This document shows, one piece after another, positions 27,333 through 38,077 of a stretch of 64,000 nt of DNA. Made by a program: the position numbers and the translations under genes. Numbering within the stretch: position 1 is the first letter of the stretch; every line of letters begins with the position of its first letter. Below the pieces are notes generated by a model. The model did not search any database. It was not told the DNA's origin and worked only from the letters and a program-made list of their open reading frames with translations. The DNA comes from Adineta vaga (lineage: Eukaryota > Animalia > Rotifera): contig CP075496.1 in NCBI GenBank assembly GCA_021613535.1, positions 14,322,001 to 14,386,000 of the forward strand. The letters are read 5' to 3'.

Positions 27333-27704
27333 CATCGGTGTGAGGCTAGCACGACGAAACAAAGATTTAGTTAAAACTTTTTTATAAAGTAAGTCCCATC
27401 CATAAAGACGAGTCCATTCGATTCAGAATTTAATCCTGCATCGAATGGTGCTACTCTTATTCACGGGAAAAGCTTTGGAAAAATTTTATGTAGGTTTTTT
27501 TTCTCTTACATAGGAGGAAAATAAAGATGTAGGCAAAACTTTTCCCAAAGCTTGTCCCGTGAATAAAAGTAGCACCATTCGATGCAGAATTAAATTCTGA
27601 GTCGAATGGACTCGTCTTTATGGATGGGACTTACTTTATAAAAAAGTTTTAGCTAAGTCTTTGTTTCGTCGTGCTAGCTCCGTCGTGCTAGCTTCACACC
27701 GATG
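27333..27704. mobile_element. Foldback/MITE with ~155-bp near-perfect inverted arms
   Basis: CATCGGTGTGAGGCTAGCACGACGAAACAAAG...GGAAAAATTTT is mirrored by AAAACTTTTCCC...CTTTGTTTCGTCGTGCTAGC...CACACCGATG around a ~45-bp spacer. Confidence 0.88.
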
Positions 27705-28786
27705 AAAAATTCAGTGACGCGATGACGATCAAGGTTGAAAGTATAGTTTCGAAGCGTGTTTGAGACAATACAATCTCTTGTCCCTCATTTTTGCTGAGGA
27801 AGAAAAAGGAAAACAGTCTCGCGAGAGGATGGTGGTCATCCGACCGCCAACAATTGGATCTGTCGCTACTGCCAAATGATTTAATCCATTATTACAGATA
27901 AAAATCTTCGAACGTGAAAAATGAAAAAAAAACTCGTGTGTAATTCATAGCCTTTTAACCGCTTCCAAGGACTCATAGTTATTGGTTATGGTAAATTCAC
28001 ACAGAGAACACAATTTTTACTAACTACATTCTAATATCTGTTCATTTTCTTCAATTTATTCAGTCATAATATAAAGCGCACAAAAGTATTTTTTAATGTA
28101 AAGATGGGCGTGGTTTAAAATAAACCGCCGTCATATATTTATTAAAAAAATGATATCATAATGTCGTTTATCCGAGTATTGAGTGCAGTTCTTCCCTGAC
28201 TCACTCATGCGTGTCATATATATATATATAGATACTTATCGTTTTCTAGCTCGGATTCATTTAATAATTATGCTCAATCAGTATGTCATTTTGTTTAATA
28301 ATAAAGCAAAAAAGAAGGGTGTGGGTAAAGAATAAGAGAGACACCCACCCATACTATCATTATCTAATAAATAAGATGATTTTCACTTCAATATTTTTCA
28401 AAAAATCTTTGAATTATTAAAAAGAATTAATTTCATAACAGTCAATAACTATTATATGAATTGGTTTTTTTTTATTAGAATATTTTAATATAATCGCAAG
28501 AAATAACAAAATAAAAAACAATGAATGATATTAATAATCATCATCTTGTTCAATCATTTTATTTCTCTTCTTCGTCACTTTCTTGTAAATCAAAAACTTG
28601 AACATGTACAGCTTTTTATTTCAAAGAGTCTCAGTAGAAGGACATCTATAAAAAAGATTCTAACATGATGGCGCGTAGAATGAACAAAGACATATATATA
28701 TACATCACAATGCATTCAATTCGTTTAAAGAAAGTTCTGAATTAGAGGCACTGAACTATGGTTTTCTCTTGATTTTTTAATTTCAT

Positions 28787-29068
28787 ATGGATTTGTATTC
28801 TAATACATCGTGTAATCGCGTGGAAAAAATCAAAGATGTGATTATTCAAGTAACCATTCATTATTCAATTGGTCTCACAATCATTGTTTTATCTTTTATG
28901 ATCTTTATGATGATACTTGTATTGAGTATGATGTATGGTGGACCTTTATCCAATTTAATATTCCGATTCTTACCAACATTACCACCAACACAAGAACCAA
29001 CGTCTCGATCAAGAGCAAGATCAGGAATATTTCAACCAGCTATGGATGGATCTGGTGATCATAATTAA
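28787..29068 (+). CDS. Small single-pass membrane protein (93 aa), unknown family
   Basis: Intronless ORF with one hydrophobic helix (IGLTIIVLSFMIFMMILVLSMMY) and a Pro/Arg-rich tail; AATAAA downstream. Confidence 0.6.
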   Translation: MDLYSNTSCNRVEKIKDVIIQVTIHYSIGLTIIVLSFMIFMMILVLSMMYGGPLSNLIFRFLPTLPPTQEPTSRSRARSGIFQPAMDGSGDHN

Positions 29069-29787
29069 ATCATATAGAACACACAGATTTTTTTGTTCCT
29101 CGAACATGTTTATAGATAAGGTAGAAATAAATCAATAGAATAAATATTGACAATAGATGTATCTTATATTAATATATTCATATTTCAAGTAAACTATAAG
29201 TATTTATTTATATTTGTGTTCGAGTACGGGTGCACTTTGAAAAGAGGAAAAAATTCATAAAAAAATCTTTTATTTATTGTTTGGATCTTGATTAATACTA
29301 ATGAATCCGATTTTTTGTTCTTCTACCCAGTGCGTTATTTATCTGTTTAACCTGTTTTTCAGGATATTCATCATCTTGAGGATCGGTGTGGGTAAAGAAG
29401 AAAGACATCCACCCACACCCATCCTCAAGATGGATTTCTATGACTAACTGAACAAGATTTCTATTGATCAAATCATTTTTTTTTATCAAACAGCTTTCAC
29501 TTCGATACAATTTATGTCATAAATAACTAACGAACGAACTAAATATACTCGAATGAACGATTATATCATGAAAATAAATCATCCATACAATTGCAGATAT
29601 ATATGAATGTGATGATAAAAACTGATTGTCTAGATTTATATATTTAAATCTCATTACATTACTTAGGTTATACAAATAATATATGCAATTCATTATAGAT
29701 TTCAATTAATTTCTGAAGTAAATGAACAAACAATTACAGTATTATATTTTTCATTCGTTCGAATTTATTTCACAAAAAAAAAGAATA

Positions 29788-30286
29788 TTATTTTTCAGAT
29801 TTCCATGGAAAATCTTTTCCTTCGGGATCTATAGATTGAACTTGTTGTCTGCCATCTTCACAAACAATATCACCTGAATCAACATCCAAGAAAATTAATT
29901 TAGGAATTCCAGTAACATGAAATTTATTTCCTAATTCTTCTTTTGTCTTTCGATCGTTATAGTCTAAAGCTAACCAAGGCATTTCATTATAATATTCATT
30001 AAATGATTTTTCATCTTGATCTGAACTTATAAAAATAATTTCAAAATTTTTTTCTTCATGATAATTTTTATAAAATTCAGTTAATATTGGAGTAAAACCA
30101 CGACATGGTGGACACCTAGAATTAAATAATCATTCATATTAAAACAAATACAACAACTTCGACATACCAATGAGCAGTGAAATAAAGACCAATAAGTTTT
30201 CCTTGATATTTTTCATCATTTAAATCAACTTTTTCATTTGATTTATCAATAATATTTCCATTTATAAGTTTAGTAATACCAGCCAT
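29788..30286 (-). CDS. Single-domain nucleoredoxin/tryparedoxin-like thioredoxin, 2 exons
   Basis: GLYFTAHW|CPPCRGFTP active site split by an intron; FEIIFISSD, MPWLAL, VTGIPKL, FPW. Confidence 0.92.
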
Positions 30287-30933
30287 TGAAGTTGTTTTTT
30301 ACGCGAGTTTAATTCCGACAATGAAAAGTAGAACAACATTTTTAGAGTATCCTCACATCTTTGATCCTTCAATATTGCCATGTCAACAAAAGAGAAAAAA
30401 AGCGTTTTATTTCTTAGTTGTAATGGGAAGAAAATTTTCTTTGTAATATGAGAATTCTTTTTGCATTGAAATCATTTGTTTTCAAGATTGGATTTTTTGT
30501 CATGGAAACGAACACCATCACAATTAACGATTGTTAAAAGAAATCTTATTAAAATAGAAAGACTGAAAGTAAACCGTGAATTCATCGAGAAATAAATATA
30601 TTACAAATTAGTATAAGGTCAATCTAAGTTTTCAATAGAAATGATGATTACAAAAACCCTGTATTTTGGGATAAGTCGATCCTATAAGAATTTTTATTCG
30701 TACTATTCTACAAATGAAGACTTTATTTTCTTTCATATATTCACGTAATAAAAATGGGCGTATTAGGAAATGATTCGACGTCATATTTCTATAAAAATCT
30801 ACGCAGAAAAGAAGGATGACATCAATGTCTTTTCTCTTTACGTTTAATGTCGTAGTTTTTTTTCTATTTTTCTCGTCATTTCTCGTAAATATACTAAGCA
30901 ACATAGACGTTTGTCTTTTCGATTACAAAGTAA

Positions 30934-31151
30934 TGAATCAATCAAAATCTGACGTTGAGCATCACGAAAATGTATCAAAAGATAATTCATTATCAAAATC
31001 ATTGCATAATTTTGCACAAACAGTATGTTATTTTATTTAAGAATTAACTTAAAGAAATTATTTTGAATTATTTATTCAGTTTCACAACAAAATTTAGGGT
31101 CACACGGATGATGAAGATAATAAAAGTGAATCGAAATCAAATATTAAATGA
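30934..31151 (+). CDS. Putative tiny hydrophilic peptide gene, 2 exons
   Basis: MNQSKSDVEHHENVSKDNSLSKSLHNFAQT, donor gtatgt at 31023; an acceptor ending 31097 gives GHTDDEDNKSESKSNIK*. Confidence 0.35.
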
Positions 31152-32169
31152 TTCATTAAAATACGAACTGTTTCTATGGAGGAAAAAACAGCTTTATAAT
31201 TATTCTATTTCTTTTTGATTGTGCATATTCGTGAATAAATCATTTTTTTTTCTTTGAAGAAGAAGAAGACAATTCAAGTAGGTGTCATTTTACATAAATC
31301 AAAGTTGGAACTCAAACGATTGGCAATACTTAGAGAAACATTGTCTGTAGAAAATAAATAAATCGATTCATATTAGAACCGAATAGTTAGAGTAATGAAT
31401 AGCCGAAAGATACGCAGTTTCAGAGGATTTCATATTGCAAACGATATTCCATTAAATCATAGTTAAATACTTATGTAACTATTCTATATGAGCACATGTT
31501 ATTGAATATACATGAGTTGCAAATAGTTTTTTCATAATTCTATCTCATTGATAAAGGTATAGTATAAAATAAACTAAATGTTTAGAAGATATTCTCTACA
31601 TTATGAAGGAAATTCTCCTGATGGAAAGAAGAAAAGTTTCTAATATGAGAATATTGGATGAAATCTTCCGATGTTTTTTATGTGATCAAAACCAAAGAAC
31701 TTTTGTTCACTAGCTGGAATATGATTGTCATTTAATATTTCACAAACTAACAAACAAATGAATATCAATCAATGAATTTCTTCACATGAGATAACCTTCG
31801 TCCGATGCATTGAAAAAAATTAGTATGAAAGCGTGAAAAATCGACAAAATCATTGTATTATCATTTGAACTTAATTGGAATACTGCTAACATGAATTTTA
31901 ATGTGCAATTCCAGATTGTACTAGAACGATTTATGGCATTTCCTGTACGATCACTCTATATTCTTACACTGTTTCTTTGGATATTATCTGTGTTGTAATT
32001 TCAAATCGATAAGAAATGTGTAAACAAAAAATTAATGAAATAACGGGTGTGGGTGAGGATCTAAAGTAAAAATTAAAGGCCCACATCACTACTCTCACTC
32101 AAAATGTATTGAACATTCACTACCTTTTTAGACTTGGTTTTGTTTTCTTGTTCACGTAGTATTTATTTT

Positions 32170-32655
32170 CAAAAAAGAGCAATCAGCTGAAGTGGAACGA
32201 ATAAAACTCATAGAAAAATTTGGTAATAGTGTCAAAGTTGAATTATCATGGACTGAAGTAAATGATGAAATTGTGGTAAGAAAATGTTTGATGCTAATTT
32301 CAGACATGTATTAACATTCTTCTTGTTTTCAAGAGATTTAAAGCTCATGATCGATCTCATCCTCGATCAAAGGAAATCTATGATGAACTTGGCCGAATAT
32401 CGGTGGAGCTAGAAGAACATGACCATGAATATGATTCACGTTGGATTACTCGTCCGATTAGAAAAAGCAAGAAATAGTTGAATCAATCTTATGTGGTCAT
32501 AGTGATAGAAACTTGCCATTGCATTTAACTTTATTCAACAATCTCGACCATCATTTATCCAAATTACAAAAAATCTTCGTGTTTGTGGAGATTGTCGTAA
32601 GTGATAAAGTCAGTTGATGAGATTATGCGTCATTTCTTTTCTCTTAGATCGTTGT
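32170..32655 (+). pseudogene. PPR-DYW (E+/DYW cytidine-deaminase-like domain) pseudogene fragment
   Basis: SWTEVNDEIV|RFKAHDRSHPRSKEIYDEL...ESILCGHS(E)KLAIAFNFI...IQITKNLRVCGDC|H, with introns 32276-32333 and 32597-32647 and two frameshifts. Confidence 0.88.
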
Positions 32656-33120
32656 TGATTTGGTAATTATTTAATAAAAACAAAAAATATTTCTTCATTT
32701 TCTATAATTCCTTTCGATCACACTTGTTTCATCAATTCTGATAAATAAGACAGAGATGTCATTTATAGCCTGCCGATAAGATGCTATGGAAGAAGAGAAC
32801 ATAACTTCTCAATAACACAACTTTCACTAAGCAATATTATCTGATATTAAAAATGTCGTGATCAGGATTTTCAATCAATTCTAAGTATATTGATAAAAAT
32901 ATCTTGGCAAACAATGACAATTCCATACGTATAATTCAATTGGTTAGATATTGTCGAGAAAAGGTGAATGGAATATTTTCGAATCGATCATGACTGACTA
33001 TTTCATATTCATAAGAGTCGAAAAAAATCAATCTATGTCTAATTGTTTGATCATCTGACACATACATATACATATATATATATATGTGATGAAATGTAAT
33101 GATCTATTGTATAAGAAAAT

Positions 33121-33732
33121 ATGGAAAGAGAAGATAATCAATATCATTTCGCGAGTAAACGTGAACGTTTATTAGCATTTTTTATTATATTCTTAACCGT
33201 AATATCATTTTTTCTTCATCTCACTGTATTTACTGATATTCTCTATAAAAATTTTGATTCAATACAAAATCAAACAGATACTAAAAGTAAGAATTTCTTT
33301 CTTTTATTTAAATATAATAAAAAATCTTCTCTTTCAGAAACAAACATAACAAATAATTCTGACATATTTGATTTAAATATTCTTCCATTTTTTTGTGTTC
33401 TTGCTCATTTAATTTGGACAATCGTTTTAATAGTTGTTCTTGATCAATGTTGTGTATTAACAAATCAATCATTTTATCAAATTCTACTCAAATTAATCAT
33501 ATGTACATGTCCATTATTACTTTGTAGTGAATTAAGTCTCATTTTTGTTTGTTATATTAATCATATCTCCAATGATATTCTTATTATTACAATCAAATGG
33601 TTGATTTTCCTTGCAACTATTCTTATTTGTTTTTGGACAGGAACACTTAGTGATTCAAATCAATGGAGAGGAATTCATGGAGGACAAATTGCACCGGAAG
33701 TTAATTCTCCTTTGTATTTATTTCAAAATTAG
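33121..33732 (+). CDS. Four-TM membrane protein (203 aa), unknown family
   Basis: Intronless ORF with four hydrophobic segments and N-glycosylation sequons (NQT, NIT, NNS) in the first loop. Confidence 0.7.
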   Translation: MEREDNQYHFASKRERLLAFFIIFLTVISFFLHLTVFTDILYKNFDSIQNQTDTKSKNFFLLFKYNKKSSLSETNITNNSDIFDLNILPFFCVLAHLIWTIVLIVVLDQCCVLTNQSFYQILLKLIICTCPLLLCSELSLIFVCYINHISNDILIITIKWLIFLATILICFWTGTLSDSNQWRGIHGGQIAPEVNSPLYLFQN

Positions 33733-34029
33733 ATTGATTTCAATTGTTTATTTTCATTGAATAAAAAAATATTTTAATATCATCTATCGTAACTCAATAT
33801 ATTACAAGGAAAACTTAGACTACATATATCGATCGTCGATGCATTTTATCGTAGATTAAAAAAGAGAACTTTTATATAGAAAATCATTTCAATAATCTAT
33901 TTGTTAACATGGAAATGGATTTGATGAATATCAATGAAATTCGTCAATAAGTTTTGTTAGTTAGAAAAAAAACGAAAGTAAATTGAATAGATGTAACAAT
34001 TGTGCATGTAACTTCAATTATATAGGTGA

Positions 34030-34633
34030 TTATAGCGAAAAATAATCTGAGAAAATATAATAAAACAATTCATGGAATGGAACTCATTTACCAGGAACTG
34101 GCGTAGTGGTAGTTGTGGTTGTAGTAGTCGTCGTTGTAGTAGTAGTAGTAGTCGTGGTAGTTGTAGTAGTTGTGGTAGATGTTGTTGTGCTTGTAGTTGT
34201 GGTGGTTGTTGTTGTTGTTGTTGTTGTTGTCGTCGTCGTTGTAGCTATTCAAAGGAAAGAAATGAAGATTAGTTAAATTTACTTATTCGATTTTGTATTC
34301 CTACATACTTGTTAAAACTGTTACCAACACTGGAACAAGAATAGCTGTTAAAATAAGAAGACCAATAGTAAGAGCCACCAATCCTCGTAATAACGATGGC
34401 GAACATCTAATAAAGAAATGAAATAAAATAAAATAAAATCTTTTGATTTTTCAAACCTACCTTGTTCTTGATGGAACTCTTCTAACATCTTCAATATTCA
34501 AAATAATCGTAGGTGATGATGAATATTGACTACCATAGGATGATGTGTCTAAGCGTCGTGTGACAATAGGTGATGGTTGTGGTTGTCTTATGTAAGGAGT
34601 TATTTCACGTCGAGCATAAGAAGCTAGAGACAT
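34030..34633 (-). CDS. Single-pass poly-threonine (micro-mucin) protein, paralog 1, 4 exons
   Basis: MSLASYARREITPYIRQ... | CSPSLLRGLVALTIGLLILTAILVPVLVTVL (TM) | ~47 Thr from an ACN repeat, PVP | DYFSL*; all introns GT-AG. Confidence 0.75.
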
Positions 34634-35568
34634 ATTTTTATTTAGTAAATATATCTTGTTTTTGAAGCAGTCAAACTCGAAGAACGAACAATTGCTATTG
34701 TTATTTTGATTTCAAAGTTGAATGTGTGATAAAATGAAATTCGAACGTATAAATACAAATTTTTTGTTTCCATGATCATTTTCGTTAGAAAGACAAAAAT
34801 GTAATTTCACTTCGTGGGTGTATTATGACTCGATGGGCGTTTTCTCTTCTGTAAAGTGTCATTTCTGATGATAGATTTTTCATGTTTCAGTTTTCTTTTT
34901 TTCTTCATACGATACTTTTTCTATATTTTCTTTCTTTTTCGTTATGATGAAAATTCATGACCTGAAAACGTCACGGGAATTTTCAGTTCGTGTCGCCACA
35001 GAAGAATGAAAAAATAGAAAAATTTTTTCAGTTTATTATGATTACATATATCGTTGTGAAAAGACGATCATTCATATGACCTTCTCTCGTAAGAAGAGAA
35101 GTCAACTATAGAAAATATTCTAGATTTTGAATCTGATGATTTCATTGAAAAGTAGATAACTAGAATATTTTCATGCAATATTATTGAATTATCTCAGGAA
35201 TAATTCAATAGTTTGACGTTCCAGAAGTATAAATAGAATAAGAATATCGATTGTTTAGATCACATTTAAGGAATAACAAGGTTAACTATCATTCTGAATA
35301 TTCTTCAAATCAATTGAAGAAATAAGAGAACGATGATGAATGTCAATAAGAACAAGAAACTGATTTCGATCGTACAGATAAGACAATATTGCGTTGTCTT
35401 TTAAATATCAATAGAAATGGATTTATTTTCTTTGATAAAATTGAATAACTCAGTGAACATGCAGGTAGATTTTACCATGAATTAAATCTATCGATAGTTT
35501 TTTTTGTAAGTTAGAAACCAAACGAGAACTGAATAGATGTAACTTCGAGTATATAGGTGATTAGTAAA

Positions 35569-36230
35569 CTAGTCTTCGGAAATGTAATGAAACAGTTTAT
35601 AAGATAGAATTTCTTTAACCAACAATAGTAGTAGTGGTCGTTGCTGTGGTTGTAGTGGTCGTTGCCGTGGTTGTAGTGGTCGTCGCTGTGGTAGTAGTGG
35701 TCGTCGATGTAGTAGTCGTTGTGGTAGTAGTAGTAGTCGTGGTGGTGGTAGTAGTAGTCGTGGTGGTGGTAGTAGTCGTTGTAGTTGTTGTAGATGTTGG
35801 TGTGCTTGTAGTTGTTGTCTTTGTCGTCGCCGTTGTAGCTATTCAAAGGAAATAAATGAAGATTAGTTAAATTTACTTATTCAATTTTGTATTCCTACAT
35901 ACTTGTTAAAACTGTTACCAACACTGGAACAAGAATAGCTGTTAAAATAAGAAGACCAATAGTAAGAGCCACCAATCCTCGTAATAACGATGGCGAACAT
36001 CTAATAAAGAAATGAAATGAAATAAAATAAAATCTTTTGATTTTTCAAATCTACCTTGTTCTTGATGGAACTCTTCTAACATCTTCAATATTCAAAATAA
36101 TCGTAGGTGATGATGAATGTTGACTACCACTATAAGGTGATGGTTGTGGTTGTCTTATGTAAGGAGTTATTTCTCGTTTAACATAGGGAGTAATTTGATG
36201 TCTGACATAAGGATTAAAAGACATCTGCAT
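35569..36230 (-). CDS. Single-pass poly-threonine (micro-mucin) protein, paralog 2
   Basis: MQMSFNPYVRHQITPYVKREITPYIRQ..., same TM exon as paralog 1, ~70-residue Thr(Ala) tract; stop at 35615 if unspliced or 35569 if spliced. Confidence 0.72.
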
Positions 36231-37067
36231 TTAATAAATATATCTTATTATTGTTTCTATTTAAAAATTGAATCTGTGATGAAATAAGAAATGTAAAATG
36301 AAATTGAATAATCTAAATACAGATTCTTTTTCTTTAAATGATCAATTTTTTTAAAGAAGGAAAAAAACGTTTTTGTATGTGTATTATGACACTATGGGCG
36401 TTTTCTCGCCTATAAAAAGTTTTTACTCAATGATAGATTTTTCATGTTTCAGTTTTCTTTATCGTCGTTATGAAATTCAAACATCTGACAACGTTAGAGA
36501 AATTCTTAGATTTCTTTTTTCATAATACAAAGACAAAGAATTGAGTGAATATATATTGGTTAAATCTTATCCAAAATCTTAAACGAGAAAAAGAAACATA
36601 CGAGAGAGTAAAAAGAAGCGAAGTTTTTTTTTTCTTTTTGAACTTCAGTTTTATTTATTCAATTCTTTATAGACGCACTTTCTAGTGAAAATAAAGGAGG
36701 AGACGATAATTCACATATTTTTTGTTCTAATGTTTGCGTCAAATATATATTTTCTTGAAAGACGAATGGTCAAATCATGTTATTTATCCGAACGTTATTT
36801 TTTTCCTCACACAAATATAAAATCAAATTTTGTGACATAAATATGTATTGTTTAGGTCATTCCGCTTTTCACCTTTATATACATTTAGTCACGAAGGTAA
36901 TGACATTTAACTTCTATATTAATTCGATACAGTTTATATTAACATTTAGTAGAAAAGGTCAATTATTTTATTTTGAATTATTTTATAAAAAATAATTTTC
37001 TTTATTTCGAAATCATGGAAGATGAACAAACACGTATAGATGTATTGATTTTTTCAATTGTTCATTA

Positions 37068-37581
37068 TTAAGCTAAAAGAAAAAATAAAGAAAAATTCAT
37101 AAACGATTTTTACTAAAATTGACTTACGAGTTGTTGTCGTCGTAGTCGTAGTGGTGGTGGTAGTCGTTGTAGTGGTTGTCGTCGTAGTCGTAGTCGTGGT
37201 GGTGGAAGTCGTTGTAGTGGTTGTCGTTGTCGTCGTCGTAGTCGTGGTGGTAGTTGTTGTAGTTGTTGTCGTTGCTAATAGAGAGAAAAAGAACTTTCAT
37301 AATTTTCATTTTTGAAAAAACGAAACAACAAACATTGAAGAACTAGAACGATAATTGGGATAATCACACATGCTAAAATGAGAGCACCGATAAGAGTAGC
37401 AAGTATACATAATTTTAAATAAGATATCCAATCGCTAAATAAAAGTACAAATAAAAACTTAATTAATTAAATCGAATAAAGAATACTTGTTTTTTGATGA
37501 AGATCTTTGATTTCTTCGACTTTCAATATTAAGAATAATAACAGGAGGTTTGTTTTGTGTTGAATAAGGATTAATTTCCAT
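37068..37581 (-). CDS. Single-pass poly-threonine (micro-mucin) protein, paralog 3 (diverged)
   Basis: MEINPYSTQNKPPVIILNIES... | DWISYLKLCILATLIGALILACVIIPIIVLVLQ | ~47 Thr | final exon has only 2 coding nt before TAA. Confidence 0.72.
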
Positions 37582-38077
37582 GGTATGTTGATAGAAATAT
37601 AATCAAATGTTTTGTAAAAAGAAAAATGAAAACATTTTGAAAAAGAAAACGAAAAAATATTGGAGGCGTATCATGATTGAAGAATTGATTTACATTTTCT
37701 TTTTTCTTCACTTAACACTGACAGTTTTGTTATATTTTACTTTTCATTTTCTTTTTTTCTATTCCGATGAAAATCTGAATTTCATCTTTTGTTTATTCAT
37801 TATTATTATCCGTTTACATTTTGAAATCAATATTTCTTTCTTTGTTTCTTTCTCTTATTTAAGAATAAATCAATGATCGATTATTTGAACAAATATTAAA
37901 TGAAATTCTACTTTATTAAATTCTATGAATAACTAGAGCACCGATAAATGCGTTCGATTGATGAATTAGTATTTAAAAAAAAGTGAAGAAAATAGAATTA
38001 TACAGAACACAAGCAATAGAATAAGATAGATGTTTTTTTGTTTAAACAAAAACAAAATAAAACTTTTGGCTTTATTT

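Noticed and set aside
27333-27704. CRISPR array or structured RNA gene
   Set aside because: A single long inverted repeat with no repeat-spacer periodicity; best explained as a MITE/foldback.
34072-34272. Cys-rich metallothionein-like ORF on the + strand
   Set aside because: Antisense shadow of the poly-Thr exon; the splice signals and TM exon support the minus-strand gene.
35182-35210. 11-bp hairpin TATTGAATTAT-CTCAGGA-ATAATTCAATA, with a similar motif near 57720
   Set aside because: An almost all-AT stem can arise by chance at this composition; no further support.
35511-35855. His/Tyr/Asn-rich ORF (-) and poly-Val ORF (+)
   Set aside because: Alternative frames of the same ACN repeat; the spliced frame is poly-Thr. 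The same applies to 37124-37309.
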